64,000 nt of DNA from Candidatus Latescibacterota bacterium (GTDB lineage Bacteria; Latescibacterota; UBA2968; GCA-2709665), in NCBI GenBank assembly GCA_965208835.1, contig OZ242358.1:224001-288000 (forward strand). The letters run 5' to 3'. Every line of letters starts with the position of its first letter. Position 1 is the first letter of the stretch. This document shows positions 29,509 through 39,284 of this stretch, in pieces. The position numbers were made by a program, and so were the translations under genes. The notes beneath the pieces were generated by a model. It was given only the letters and a program-made list of their open reading frames with translations, made no database searches and was not told the DNA's origin.

Positions 29509-29949
29509 TTACGGCGTGGCAGGGCGTTCCCATGTCTCGATCGGCCCCGGCACCACAACAAATAACGGGTGCGGAAGGGGCGTGCGCGCCGATTCGAGCC
29601 TTCCGAGCGCGTCCGGGTCGCGGCGTTTGAGCTTGGCGGACAGATGGGTTCGTTCGTAACTCAACTGGCCGTCGGTCACTCGAATGGGCGGTAAATCGGA
29701 ACCCGGCGTCCCAATCAGGTTCCTGTTGAATCGGTAGCCACGCTGACAGGCTTCGACATAAACGCTGTGCAGATAGGTCGCGATCGCGGCGGAAGGATCC
29801 GGATGGGCGCGAAACCGCTTGAGTTGCGGGTGATGGCGGTACCCCCGCGTGGCGCCCGCGAGTACCTTCCGGGCGAGCAGCCCCTCGCGCCAGAGGGCAA
29901 TCAGCCCTTTCGCGTCCAGAAAACGTGGATGCAGAGACCAGAGACGCAT
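29509..29949 (-). CDS. Pyrimidine dimer DNA glycosylase / T4 endonuclease V family protein
   Basis: MRLWSLHP.FLD.KGL.ALWRE.LLA..VL.G.TRGY..HPQL.RF is the signature of the bacterial family. Confidence 0.85.
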   Translation of the reverse strand: MRLWSLHPRFLDAKGLIALWREGLLARKVLAGATRGYRHHPQLKRFRAHPDPSAAIATYLHSVYVEACQRGYRFNRNLIGTPGSDLPPIRVTDGQLSYERTHLSAKLKRRDPDALGRLESARTPLPHPLFVVVPGPIETWERPATP

Positions 29950-29992
29950 CGCAACTGTCTATGAAATCGACCGGTAAGCTGCGACGACGCTT

Positions 29993-30694
29993 CTACGGCG
30001 CAGGCGTGGATGGTGGAAGAATTACCGCCACTGCGTCCGCGGTCTCGTCGACGCGATCGAACAGGTCTACCGCCTGCTGTCTGTTCATCTGGAAGTCGAT
30101 GGTGACCGTTTCCGTGGGCATGAACGCGCCCTGCGCAAAAACCGACACGCGTTTGTCGTTCACGGGATTCCAGATTTCTACGACCCTGCCTTCGAACTCG
30201 CTCCCATAGGCCGCGTACGCCACGTTGCTTCGAGGTCTGTTTCCGCTGGGAACGCCGACTCGGACCCGCTTGCCAAGATACTGAAACGGAGACTGTAATC
30301 CGTGCGCCCGGCCGCGAAGATCGGCGATCAGCGGATTTTCGGCGATCGCGGCTTCGAGTCGCGCCTTCCGCGCTTCAATGGTTTCGCTCCCGCCCTGCGT
30401 CGCATCCGGCATTTCATCCGCCAGGCGCCCGGCAATGGCGCTGTTCCGGTAGTGATAGACGTCCTTTGCAGTCAACCACCCCAGCGTCGCTTCCCTGGCG
30501 AAATCCCTGCTCCAGATCGAGTCCAGGACGGCGTCGTGCGCCACCATTTTGTCTTCGATCCGCATCTGAATGGCGTTCTCGGCGTCGTAGTTGATGGTAA
30601 CATTGATCGGGGCGATGTACGCGATATATGCCAGGTACGCGCAGCCCGCCGCCAGAACGACCTCGATGACTGTACGGATGTGTGAACTCGACAT
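29993..30694 (-). CDS. Membrane-anchored hypothetical protein, possible C-terminal RlpA-like double-psi beta-barrel
   Basis: N-terminal TM helix, strong GAGGAGG RBS, C-terminal GRVVEIWNPVNDKRVSV...IDFQMNRQQAVDL. Confidence 0.6.
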   Translation of the reverse strand: MSSSHIRTVIEVVLAAGCAYLAYIAYIAPINVTINYDAENAIQMRIEDKMVAHDAVLDSIWSRDFAREATLGWLTAKDVYHYRNSAIAGRLADEMPDATQGGSETIEARKARLEAAIAENPLIADLRGRAHGLQSPFQYLGKRVRVGVPSGNRPRSNVAYAAYGSEFEGRVVEIWNPVNDKRVSVFAQGAFMPTETVTIDFQMNRQQAVDLFDRVDETADAVAVILPPSTPAP

Positions 30695-30780
30695 TTCTTC
30701 CCTCCTCTTTCCGACGGTTCTTCGTTAGTTCAGACAACTGTGGTTTTGGCGCCAGCCGTCAAGATGCCTCGCAAGCGATC

Positions 30781-30937
30781 GTGTCCTGTCCCGAAAATTC
30801 CTCACCATTCGACCGCCGATTCATCCTGTCTCGCTACGTTCCCCTCGCTCGCCGACCTTGCGCAGGTCGGTGGCGCCTTGCGAGCCGGGCGACTCGGCGA
30901 TCGAGTTCAGGCAACTTATTTTCGGGGCAGAACACTA
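30781..30937. mobile_element. MITE-like element family E, copy 1
   Basis: ~18-bp TIRs gtgt(c/t)ctg(t/c)cccgaaaat with a flanking TA at the right end. Inverted homolog at 53843-54009. Confidence 0.82.
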
Positions 30938-30996
30938 GGGGCAACGGTTTTCATTCGCTTCAGGGCTCCTTTCTCCGACGGGCATCCGTCAGCCAT

Positions 30997-31100
30997 TAAC
31001 CTTGATTCGTAAGTTTTCGTGGGCGCTAAATCGAATATGTGCAAGTTGATAAAGGCGACAAAACTGCGGATTTCAAGGATACACCAGGTTACTGGACGTG
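30997..31100 (+). repeat. 104-bp dispersed element family D, copy 2
   Basis: Colinear with 13780-13883. Confidence 0.85.
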
Positions 31101-31135
31101 TTCGTGACCTCTCCCCCCGGCCGCCTACCACCTGG

Positions 31136-31258
31136 TGAGAGGGGAGACGTTAGACGGGAGAGATCGGATGCCGTAAAGGGATTCTTTTTTGCCGCAGGCA
31201 AGTCGGAGGAACAAATCGGCAAGGGCTTCTTCTACCGTCTACCGGCTCCCGTCTCCCC
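31136..31258 (+). repeat. Heptamer-flanked interspersed element, subfamily A copy 2
   Basis: gagagatcggatgccgtaaagggattcttttttgccgcaggcaagtcggaggaacaaatcggcaagggcttcttctaccgtctacc is identical to the 33.7-kb copy. Confidence 0.9.
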
Positions 31259-31353
31259 GCATTCAGGCCTCTTGTGGCCAATTTGACTGTTGTCTCTTTT
31301 CGAATTGAGGTTAATAGATCAGGTAGTCTACTGCCGTACCATTACAACTGTGT

Positions 31354-32214
31354 TTACTTTCTTCCGGAATACGCCCGTCCCACCTCCGCCACGGCCTCTC
31401 GGCCTCCGGAACAGATCATCACCCCTTCATCTATCATCTCCCTGATGTTTTCCTCGTTCGCGCCGTTCAGGAAGAACAGACCGGCGTCCTTGCAGGCCGC
31501 CATCACGCGGGCCCGGGCGGCCCGGATTTCAGGCGGGTAGGGCGGATCGTGCCGATCGGCGTGCCCAAACGACATACCCATATCCCCGGGGCCCCATTCG
31601 CCGAACGCGAGCCCCTGTACCCTTGCCGTGGCTTCAGCATTGGCCAGCGCGCGTTTGTTCTCGATCTTCACGCCCAGCATCAACTCGCCGCCGGGACTCA
31701 GCGGCCACGGGTCGGCCTTCTCCAGGTAATCAGCGGCGGACAGGCCCCAGATCTGCGCGGCCCACCCCTGACCCCCGGCGCCGCGCCGCCCGTCACGGTG
31801 CCCCTCCGCCGGTTTCCGGAACGGATACCTGCAACTTTCCACGAAAGCGCGGACTCCCTCCGGGTCTTCGGCATGGCACAGGAGTATCCCGTGTACGCCC
31901 CGTGCCAGCGCCTGTTTGAACATCCATGCATTGGCCCGGACCTCCGCTTCGCTCGAACCCTCCACCGGCAGATCGACGATGACGGCGGGCGTCCGGTGCC
32001 CGCTGGCCGTGGGACCGCCGTCGACCAGTCCCCGCATGAACTCGCCCAGCCCCGGCATATCGAACGCGCCGTGCTCGATGCTGACGTTGATGTAGTCGGC
32101 CCACGTCCCGGCCATGTCACGACCCGTCTCGTACGATAACTCGGAGACGCCGACATAATATATCGGCTGTCCCTGCTCCAGGAGTTCGATGGCCCTGTTG
32201 ATCCGTTTTGGCAA
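31354..32214 (-). CDS. HpcH/HpaI aldolase family protein
   Basis: EHG motif, GVHGILLCH, VKIE and WGPGDMGMS. TTG start with GAGGTG RBS. Confidence 0.85.
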   Translation of the reverse strand: MPKRINRAIELLEQGQPIYYVGVSELSYETGRDMAGTWADYINVSIEHGAFDMPGLGEFMRGLVDGGPTASGHRTPAVIVDLPVEGSSEAEVRANAWMFKQALARGVHGILLCHAEDPEGVRAFVESCRYPFRKPAEGHRDGRRGAGGQGWAAQIWGLSAADYLEKADPWPLSPGGELMLGVKIENKRALANAEATARVQGLAFGEWGPGDMGMSFGHADRHDPPYPPEIRAARARVMAACKDAGLFFLNGANEENIREMIDEGVMICSGGREAVAEVGRAYSGRK

Positions 32215-32587
32215 CCTTCACCTCGGATTTGAAAAAACGGACGCGACGTAACGCGTTAAAATAAAGCGGACACCCGGAAATAGCAAAGGTTCATGGAGCC
32301 GGCGTTAAGGAGCGCGGATTTGACCGGAACCGACACAGGCGTGGGTGAAATGCAGGAAAAATGTGAACGGAAAGGGTCGCGGGACGCGGGGGATCGATCT
32401 TGACTCCGCTCTCACTCACGCTTATTTTCCCCTCCCTTCGTGCCGGACGCCGAAGCGGGGACAACCCGATCTCGTGCTGTACGGCGCCAGGAGCGATTGC
32501 TTTCAAACCCCGCTACCGCCTGATAAGCACCGACCACAAGCTGACGGGCTGAAAGTCCCCACGCAGACAAACCCGGAGGGAGAAATA

Positions 32588-33598
32588 ATGCTCGGCGTTG
32601 CGATCCAGGGCGCGGGAAACGTCTCCACGGAACACATCAAGGCGTACCTGAACAACCCCCACACCCGATTGGTCGCTATCGGAAGCCGCACGCTCGAGAG
32701 CGCCCGGCGAAAAGCGGTGGAACTCGGCGTTGAATGCGACCTTTACGACAACTACGACAGGCTTCTGGAGCATCCGGACGTCGACGTGGTTTCCATCTGT
32801 ACCCCGCCGGACCTCCACGCCGGGGAAGCCATTGCCGCCGCGCGCGCAGGCAAACACCTGCTGATCGAAAAACCGGTGGCCACGAATCACGAAGAGCTGG
32901 ACGAGATGCACCGGGCCGTGGAGAGCGCGGGCGTGAAGACGGTAATCGGCTTCGTGCTTCGATGGAATCCCCTCATCATTTCCATGAAAAAGGCTATCGA
33001 GAAGGGCTGGATCGGCGTTCCGCTACTTGCTCAGGCCGACTACTGGCACGGCCCCACCAACGCCCGCCCTAAGCAATTCAGCCGCACCGGCTGGAACCCC
33101 ATGGTCAACGGCGCCATTGTGCACGGCGGCTGCCATGCGCTCGACGCCGCCCGTTACATCCTGGACAACGATACGGTCACCCGGGTAACGGGTATTTCAC
33201 CGCGCCATCGCACCCGCGAAGACGACTACCGTTCCACGACGGTTGCAACGGTGGAATTCGCAGGGGGCGCCGCCGGTAAATTCTCGGGTTCCACCGCCTT
33301 TTTCATGCCCTACGTCTTCAACATCGAGGTCTTCGGCACGGAGGGCGTGATCCGGAACAACCGGTTCTACACCCGCCAGCTTTCCGGCCAGGACGCTTTT
33401 GGCAGTTTTCCCACCGTGTTGCCGGACAGCGGCGCGGTTGCCCACCATCCTTTCCAGGAGATGATCGACCACCTTGTCGAGTGCATCCTGGACGACGTTG
33501 AATCGCACGACAATCTGGCCGTGGCCGTCAATACGCACGCGGCCTGTTTTGCCGCGGAAGAATCCGCCGCAAACGGTTCCACGCCGATTCAGTTGTGA
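32588..33598 (+). CDS. Gfo/Idh/MocA family oxidoreductase
   Basis: GAGNVS Rossmann loop, GKHLLIEKPVA and GCHALD. Start at ATG 32588 after GGAGGGAG. Confidence 0.92.
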   Translation: MLGVAIQGAGNVSTEHIKAYLNNPHTRLVAIGSRTLESARRKAVELGVECDLYDNYDRLLEHPDVDVVSICTPPDLHAGEAIAAARAGKHLLIEKPVATNHEELDEMHRAVESAGVKTVIGFVLRWNPLIISMKKAIEKGWIGVPLLAQADYWHGPTNARPKQFSRTGWNPMVNGAIVHGGCHALDAARYILDNDTVTRVTGISPRHRTREDDYRSTTVATVEFAGGAAGKFSGSTAFFMPYVFNIEVFGTEGVIRNNRFYTRQLSGQDAFGSFPTVLPDSGAVAHHPFQEMIDHLVECILDDVESHDNLAVAVNTHAACFAAEESAANGSTPIQL

Positions 33599-33715
33599 TG
33601 AGACTCATTGTCGTCCGGTAAATCTGAAGAGGAGAATCTCACTTCGCGGACCCTAATAAGCAGTTAGAGGGGAGACGGAAGAGGGGAGAGGACCACACCC
33701 CGCCTACCACCTGGT

Positions 33716-33836
33716 GAGAGGGGAGACGTTAGACGGGAGAGATCGGATGCCGTAAAGGGATTCTTTTTTGCCGCAGGCAAGTCGGAGGAACAAATCGGCA
33801 AGGGCTTCTTCTACCGTCTACCCTCTTCCCTCTATC
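33716..33836 (+). repeat. Heptamer-flanked interspersed element, subfamily A copy 3
   Basis: Core identical to the 31.1-kb copy. Confidence 0.9.
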
Positions 33837-33929
33837 CGCATATTGGCGATCTCTCCCCCCGGCGCCCTAGCAGGGAGCTATCAGCCGTCAGCTATCAGCA
33901 AAAGACAAAAACCAAATCAGGTATACACA

Positions 33930-34925
33930 ATGGCAGAATGTGTGAGAGTCGCGCTGGCTGGTTGCGGCGGGCTGGGGCGCACCCACGCCAGAAACGTGGA
34001 AGCGATGGCGGGTGTGAGACTCGTCGCCGTTTGCGACGTGGTGGGGGAATCCGCGGCTCAGCTTGCCGCGCAACTGGCGTCCGGCCCGCAGCCGTACGCG
34101 GACCATCGCGCCATGCTGGCCGCCGAGAAACCTGACGCCGTGCTGGTGGTGACGCCCAACCACACGCACAGCCGCATCGGTACGGACGCGGCGCTGGCGG
34201 GCGCCCACGTCTTCTGCGAAAAACCAATGGCGCTGACCGTTGGCGACTGCGATGCGATGATCCGTGCCGCGGAACAGTCAGGCGTTTTCCTGATGATCGG
34301 CTATGTCCTCCGTTTTCAGGCCGTATATGTGGAAATGAAACGCCGTGTGGAACGAGGGGACATTGGTGAAATCACGCTGGCGCATACCGTGCGTCTGGGA
34401 ACCGGCGCGCCGGGGGGCGTTGGCGGATGGCAGACACGAAAGGAAACCTACGGTGGGATGTTTTCGATGTACAGCCACGAACTCGACCAGCTCGCCTGGC
34501 TGGCCGGTGAAATCCATGCGGTCAATGCCGTGATGAAATATGGAGAGGATCAGGAGAACGAAGTCGAGGAAAGCATCTTCATCGGCATCGAATTCGCCTC
34601 AGGCGCCATCGGCTCACTGAGCAGCAGCCGGGTCTATCCGGCCAACAGCTACGAACTCGGCGTTGCCGGCACAAAGGGCGCGCTTAAACTCAACGCGTCG
34701 GGCGGCCCCATCACATTCGCGCGGCACGGCGGGAGTTCAGCCGCCATCGAGGTGCCCGGGAACAACGGCCTGGTGGACGAGCTTGCGCACTTTTTCGACT
34801 GCATTCAACGGGGCGAAGCCCCGCGATCGGATGGCAGTGACGGTCGGCGTGTGGTCGCCGTGGCCATGGCGGCCCACGAATCCGCCCGGACGGGGAAGCG
34901 CGTGGAAGTTCCGATGTTGACGTGA
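33930..34925 (+). CDS. Gfo/Idh/MocA family oxidoreductase
   Basis: GCGGLG, HVFCEKPMA and SHELD. Confidence 0.92.
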   Translation: MAECVRVALAGCGGLGRTHARNVEAMAGVRLVAVCDVVGESAAQLAAQLASGPQPYADHRAMLAAEKPDAVLVVTPNHTHSRIGTDAALAGAHVFCEKPMALTVGDCDAMIRAAEQSGVFLMIGYVLRFQAVYVEMKRRVERGDIGEITLAHTVRLGTGAPGGVGGWQTRKETYGGMFSMYSHELDQLAWLAGEIHAVNAVMKYGEDQENEVEESIFIGIEFASGAIGSLSSSRVYPANSYELGVAGTKGALKLNASGGPITFARHGGSSAAIEVPGNNGLVDELAHFFDCIQRGEAPRSDGSDGRRVVAVAMAAHESARTGKRVEVPMLT

Positions 34926-34951
34926 GGTAGCTTGTTGAACCCGGTTCCCTC

Positions 34952-36685
34952 TTATCCAGCTGGACGCATGTCCTCCAGAACAAGCTGCACCTGAGTCCGG
35001 CCGTTCCAGGTGTTGGCTTCCAGCGCGCAGGCCACGTCCACGCGATCGCCCCGGCGAAGCCGACCGGCCAGATCGCCCTTGCCCCACCAGACAGCGTCGC
35101 ATATCCGCGGCCTCCACCGCGCCGAGCCGTCCGAACGGCCGTCGGAAGACGCTGTATCCAGATTCAACTTGAGGTGCGCCCCTTTTCCCACCGCCATGGC
35201 CCTATCGACCGTGCAGTCCTGTACCATGAAAAGCGGCGCTTCGTTTCCCGATCCGAACGGCGACAGTGCCGACAGCGCCGTGACCGTTTCCAGGGAGATC
35301 TCCTCCGGCCGAAGCGCGGCATCCAGCTCGAGCCGGGTTCTGAGGTCTTCGTCCGAAATCCGCTCCGCCGCATCGGCCTCCATCCGGGTCTTGAACGCTT
35401 CGAAATTATCCAGCGAGCCGGTAAAGCCGCCTGCATCCGCGTGCCCGCCGTATTCTGTCAATAAATCCGCACAGCGAAAAATCGCTTCCGCCATATTATA
35501 GCCCGCACCCGATCGCGCCGAACCCGTGAAGCTGCCATCCCCGCGGACCTCGGAGCATGCGATGCCCGGCCTGCCGTATTGCTCGGCCAGGCGACCGGCA
35601 ATCAACCCCACCACGCCCAGGTGCCAGCTTTCGCCTTTGGTGACGAGAATCCGGTGCTTGTCCAGCGCCAGGCGTTCCACCTGTTCCCCGGCCTGTTTCA
35701 CGCCAACAAGCTCAAGCTCTCGCCGCCGCCGGTTGAGCCCGTTCAGCCGCTCCGCCAGGCGGGTGGCCTGACCGGCTTCCGGGGCGCGAAGCAGGTCCAG
35801 CGCCAGATCCGCGGATTCCAGTCGCCCGGCGCTGTTGATGCGAGGCCCGAGGAAGAACCCGATCGCCGTCGTATCCACGGGCCGGGTATCGGCGCCCGCG
35901 ACGGCCTTCAGGGCCTGAAGCCCCGGACGCTGCGTCCGGTCCAGAATCTGCATTCCCCTGCGGGTGAGCAGACGGTTCTCACCCAGCATGGGCGCGATAT
36001 CCGCCACGGTTCCGAGTGCGACCAGGTCCAGCAGCGAATTGAGATAAGTCCTGCGCTCCGATGCATCGATCAGAGAATCCGAAAGCGCCTGCACCGCTTT
36101 GAACGCCACACCTACGGCCGCGAGGCCCTTGAACCCGTAGCCGCAATCCGGGCGGTTGGGGTTGACCACCGCCCAGGCGTCGGGAAGCCGACCGTGAGGC
36201 TCGTGATGATCGGTCACCAGAACATCAATGCCCGCCGCGTTTGCCGTCTCAACCGCCTTGAACGAGGAGATGCCGTTGTCCGCGGTCACGATGACGCGCG
36301 CGCCCGCTTCGGCCGCCCGCTGTACGCCGGCCGGTTTCATGCCGTATCCGTCCCGGTAGCGGTCCGGCAGGATGGACACGACGTCCGCTCCCACCCTGTC
36401 CAGAAAATCCATAAACACGGCCGTGCTTGTCACGCCGTCCACGTCGTAGTCACCGAATACGACGATGCGCTCGCCAGAACGAACCGCTCTCACAATCCGC
36501 TCGGTAAGCCGGTCCATGTCCTTCATCGTAAACGGGTCCTGGAGTACTCCGGGAGAATCCTCGATATCGTCGGCCGTCAGACCGCGATTCGCCAGCACCA
36601 CGTCCACGAGCGGCCCGGACGAACCGTCCGCGCCGGAATCCGAATCCCTGTTGTGCCTGAGCGTCCAGACCGGGTATTTCTGCAT
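34952..36685 (-). CDS. recJ: Single-stranded-DNA-specific exonuclease RecJ
   Basis: GDYDVDG, TADNG, TDHH, LGTVAD, PRINSAGR, GSARS and GGH..AGG motifs. Start MQKYP follows GAGG. Confidence 0.95.
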   Translation of the reverse strand: MQKYPVWTLRHNRDSDSGADGSSGPLVDVVLANRGLTADDIEDSPGVLQDPFTMKDMDRLTERIVRAVRSGERIVVFGDYDVDGVTSTAVFMDFLDRVGADVVSILPDRYRDGYGMKPAGVQRAAEAGARVIVTADNGISSFKAVETANAAGIDVLVTDHHEPHGRLPDAWAVVNPNRPDCGYGFKGLAAVGVAFKAVQALSDSLIDASERRTYLNSLLDLVALGTVADIAPMLGENRLLTRRGMQILDRTQRPGLQALKAVAGADTRPVDTTAIGFFLGPRINSAGRLESADLALDLLRAPEAGQATRLAERLNGLNRRRRELELVGVKQAGEQVERLALDKHRILVTKGESWHLGVVGLIAGRLAEQYGRPGIACSEVRGDGSFTGSARSGAGYNMAEAIFRCADLLTEYGGHADAGGFTGSLDNFEAFKTRMEADAAERISDEDLRTRLELDAALRPEEISLETVTALSALSPFGSGNEAPLFMVQDCTVDRAMAVGKGAHLKLNLDTASSDGRSDGSARWRPRICDAVWWGKGDLAGRLRRGDRVDVACALEANTWNGRTQVQLVLEDMRPAG

Positions 36686-36850
36686 TGGAACCTCGTGAAC
36701 GAGTGGATTGCCCAATGGGGACAACGACTGAAATATAATGACTCAGCACGGCAAACAAAATACAACCAGGAGTCGGCAAAAAAGGAAGACCAGATTCAAA
36801 ATCCACATCTCCCCAAATTCCCTGCCTTCGGCGTGTTCCTTAAAAGCGGG

Positions 36851-36975
36851 GAGACGGAAGACGGGAGAGGGGAGAGATTGCATGCCATGTAAGGTCTCTT
36901 TTCATTCTGGAGGCAAGGAGGGAAAACATACGGGGCGAGGATATCTTCTACCGTCTACCCTCTACCTTCTCACCG
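36851..36975 (+). repeat. Heptamer-flanked interspersed element, diverged copy
   Basis: gagagattg..tgcc...ggaggcaag...ggatatcttctaccgtctaccc skeleton. Confidence 0.8.
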
Positions 36976-37386
36976 CCTTTAGAATTGTCGCCGCTGGGCG
37001 CGGGGCCTGCCATATGCACCGCGCGAATCGCCTTACCGAGTGCACCAGATTTGCTGCCCTGCATACGCAAGCGAACAACAAGCGCCAGTGGGGGACGGAT
37101 TAGCGCGCTCTGCTTTGGGAGTGCTCTGAATCGTCGACGCGTATGGAACCAGTATAGACTCCCGAGTGTGAGCGGAAATCAGTGGACCGCGATCGTCTGT
37201 CAGCCTAAGCAAGAACGCGTGCGACTTCTCCATTGGTAGCCGCAATATCCGTGCCGTGAAGCGGGCGACCGGCCGATGAGAATGCCTTTCAGGAAAATAT
37301 AATTCTTGGTGCCTCGGGCGATTTGGGTATATTTGTCACCCTGACGTGCGACTCAGAGTCAACCCGCAATCGAGACGGTTCCCGGT

Positions 37387-37758
37387 TTGCCAAGAATTCT
37401 TCTCGCGGAAGACGGTCCGACGGCCATGGCCCTTGCCGGCGGGCTTTTCGATCTCCGGAACGTCGAGCTGGACGTGGTCACCGACGGGCGCAGCGCCCTG
37501 GAGACCCTCGCGGCAAATCCCAGGGCGTACGCACTCGTCATTCTCGCATACGATCTGCCGGAAATCACCGGACCGGATTGCATTCGTTTCATCAGGAAAA
37601 TGCTCGCCCGTCTACCATTGCTGGTCCTTGTCGAAAACCCGGCTCCGGAGCACCTGGACGAACTCGCCGCGCAAGGCATCTCGGGCGGCCAGATTCTGGA
37701 AAAACCGGCGACCCCCGAATCCCTCGCGGAACGGGTCGGAAAAATACTCAGGCTTTAG
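37387..37758 (+). CDS. Stand-alone (CheY-like) receiver domain protein, atypical
   Basis: RILLAED, LVILAYDLPEITG and LEKP match a receiver fold. The expected phosphoacceptor position appears to be Ala. Confidence 0.75.
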   Translation: MPRILLAEDGPTAMALAGGLFDLRNVELDVVTDGRSALETLAANPRAYALVILAYDLPEITGPDCIRFIRKMLARLPLLVLVENPAPEHLDELAAQGISGGQILEKPATPESLAERVGKILRL

Positions 37759-37812
37759 AACGGCGACGATTTTTGAAACAAATATAACCCTTGAGAATCA
37801 TATATTCACTTG

Positions 37813-38000
37813 GAAGCTGTTTTAAAACCCCCAGCGGTCTTCGCGCGGCTGCAAATGCGTCGGTCGGCGTTGGCCAAACCCACCCAAGAGTGGCGAGGGG
37901 CGGGCAGCCACGATACATTAAATACTATCGGATTCGGCCGCCTGGACCGACACCTTTTCGCTTGCGCTCGGGAACTCACCGGGGTTTTTAAAACAACTTC
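37813..38000. mobile_element. MITE-like element family C, copy 2
   Basis: TIRs gaagctgttttaaaa...ttttaaaacaacttc. Shares cccagcggtcttcgcgcggctg and gcgctcgggaactcaccgg with copy 1. Confidence 0.78.
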
Positions 38001-38045
38001 GAGGAACGAACGGTTCCTGTCAGCGCAATTTCAAAAGGAGTTTTC

Positions 38046-38441
38046 ATGTCGCGCCACTTTGAAACCGTAAAGGCCTTTCTTCAGGACCTCGAGCTGGTCA
38101 TTGAAGAAGAAGATTCCGATGAGGAACTGGTCGTCGTCACCGACGAAGACCGGGGGATCCACCGGCTTATCGTCGACTGTGAAGATCCCATTCTCATCCT
38201 GGAACAGGCCATCATGCCGATCCCCAGGAGTCCGGGCGACCTCTACAAGCGCTTGCTGGAATTGAACCGGACGCTCATCCACGGCGCCTTCGCCATAGAC
38301 GAGGAGACGGGAACCGTCCTGTTCCGGGACACCCTTCTTCTGGATACGCTGGACAGGGCGGAAATCGAAGGTGCCGTCAACGCGCTGGGCCTTGCCCTTG
38401 GCGAAAACGCCGAAGAACTCTTGAGTTACAGCAGGCAATAG
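38046..38441 (+). CDS. YbjN / CesT-like (T3SS chaperone fold) protein
   Basis: Small acidic 131-aa protein with LLELNRTLIHGAFAID...FRDTL, located directly before pspA. Confidence 0.75.
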   Translation: MSRHFETVKAFLQDLELVIEEEDSDEELVVVTDEDRGIHRLIVDCEDPILILEQAIMPIPRSPGDLYKRLLELNRTLIHGAFAIDEETGTVLFRDTLLLDTLDRAEIEGAVNALGLALGENAEELLSYSRQ

Positions 38442-38529
38442 TGAGAACAGGGGTCGGAATCCCCAAGATGCAATCCGTTACGATCCACGATCTCCGGCCT
38501 TTGGGTCCCGCATAAGATAGGAGCATACC

Positions 38530-39231
38530 ATGGGAATTTTTCAACGCATTTTTCGCGTCGGTCAGGCCGAAGTTCACGCCGCCATCGACAAATTCGAAGA
38601 TCCGATTCGCCTCACGGAACAGGGCATCCGGGACCTCAAGAAAGACCTGAGTAACGCGATGACCAGCCTGGCCGAAGTCAAGGGTCATGGCATTCGCCTG
38701 CGGAAACAGGCGTCGGACAGCAAGAAGGCCGCGGAGGACTACGAACGCAAGGCCATGGCGCTGCTTCAGAGGGCCCAGAAAGACCAGATCGATGCGGCCG
38801 AAGCCGACCGCCTGGCCGGCGAAGCGCTTGCCCGAAAGGAAGAGAACGTAAACCGGTCCGCCACGCTCAGCGAGAACGCACGCAAACAGGAGGAAATGGC
38901 CGCTCAGCTGCAGACCCAGGTGGATAAACTCAAGTCCTCCATCGCAGGGTACGAAAACGACCTGGTGACGCTGCGCGCCCGGGCCCGGACGGCCGCTGCA
39001 ACGAAGAAGATCAACAAGCAACTGGCGAAAGTGGACTCCACCGGCACGCTTGCCATGCTCGAACGCATGAAGGAGCGGGTGGAAGAAGACGAGTCTCTCT
39101 CGGAGGCGTACGGTGAGGTGGCCGACGCGTCGAAGAGCGTGGACGAGGAGATCGACGCCGCACTTCAGGAAAAGAATCCGGGCGCGGACAAGCTGGCCGA
39201 GCTCAAGAGCAAGATGGGAATTCAGGCGTAA
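38530..39231 (+). CDS. pspA: PspA/IM30 family protein
   Basis: MGIFQRIF amphipathic N-terminus, EDP..L.EQ.IRD, coiled coil, C-terminal LAELKSKM. Confidence 0.92.
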   Translation: MGIFQRIFRVGQAEVHAAIDKFEDPIRLTEQGIRDLKKDLSNAMTSLAEVKGHGIRLRKQASDSKKAAEDYERKAMALLQRAQKDQIDAAEADRLAGEALARKEENVNRSATLSENARKQEEMAAQLQTQVDKLKSSIAGYENDLVTLRARARTAAATKKINKQLAKVDSTGTLAMLERMKERVEEDESLSEAYGEVADASKSVDEEIDAALQEKNPGADKLAELKSKMGIQA

Positions 39232-39284
39232 GTGCGGCACTTCGCGGTCCGGAATTCGAAAACGGGCGCGGCAGGGGCGAACCT

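Noticed and set aside
32400-32580. Riboswitch or hammerhead in the leader of the first oxidoreductase
   Set aside because: The ctgat/ctgac...gaaa fragments do not complete the CUGANGA core or any riboswitch consensus I know.
36980-37330. Possible gene or ncRNA between recJ and the receiver gene
   Set aside because: Only short ORFs without motifs, and no RNA family that I can recognise. An Rfam scan would be needed.
38046-38441. Type III secretion system implied by the CesT-like protein
   Set aside because: No T3SS genes are present, and this fold is a normal partner in PspA operons.
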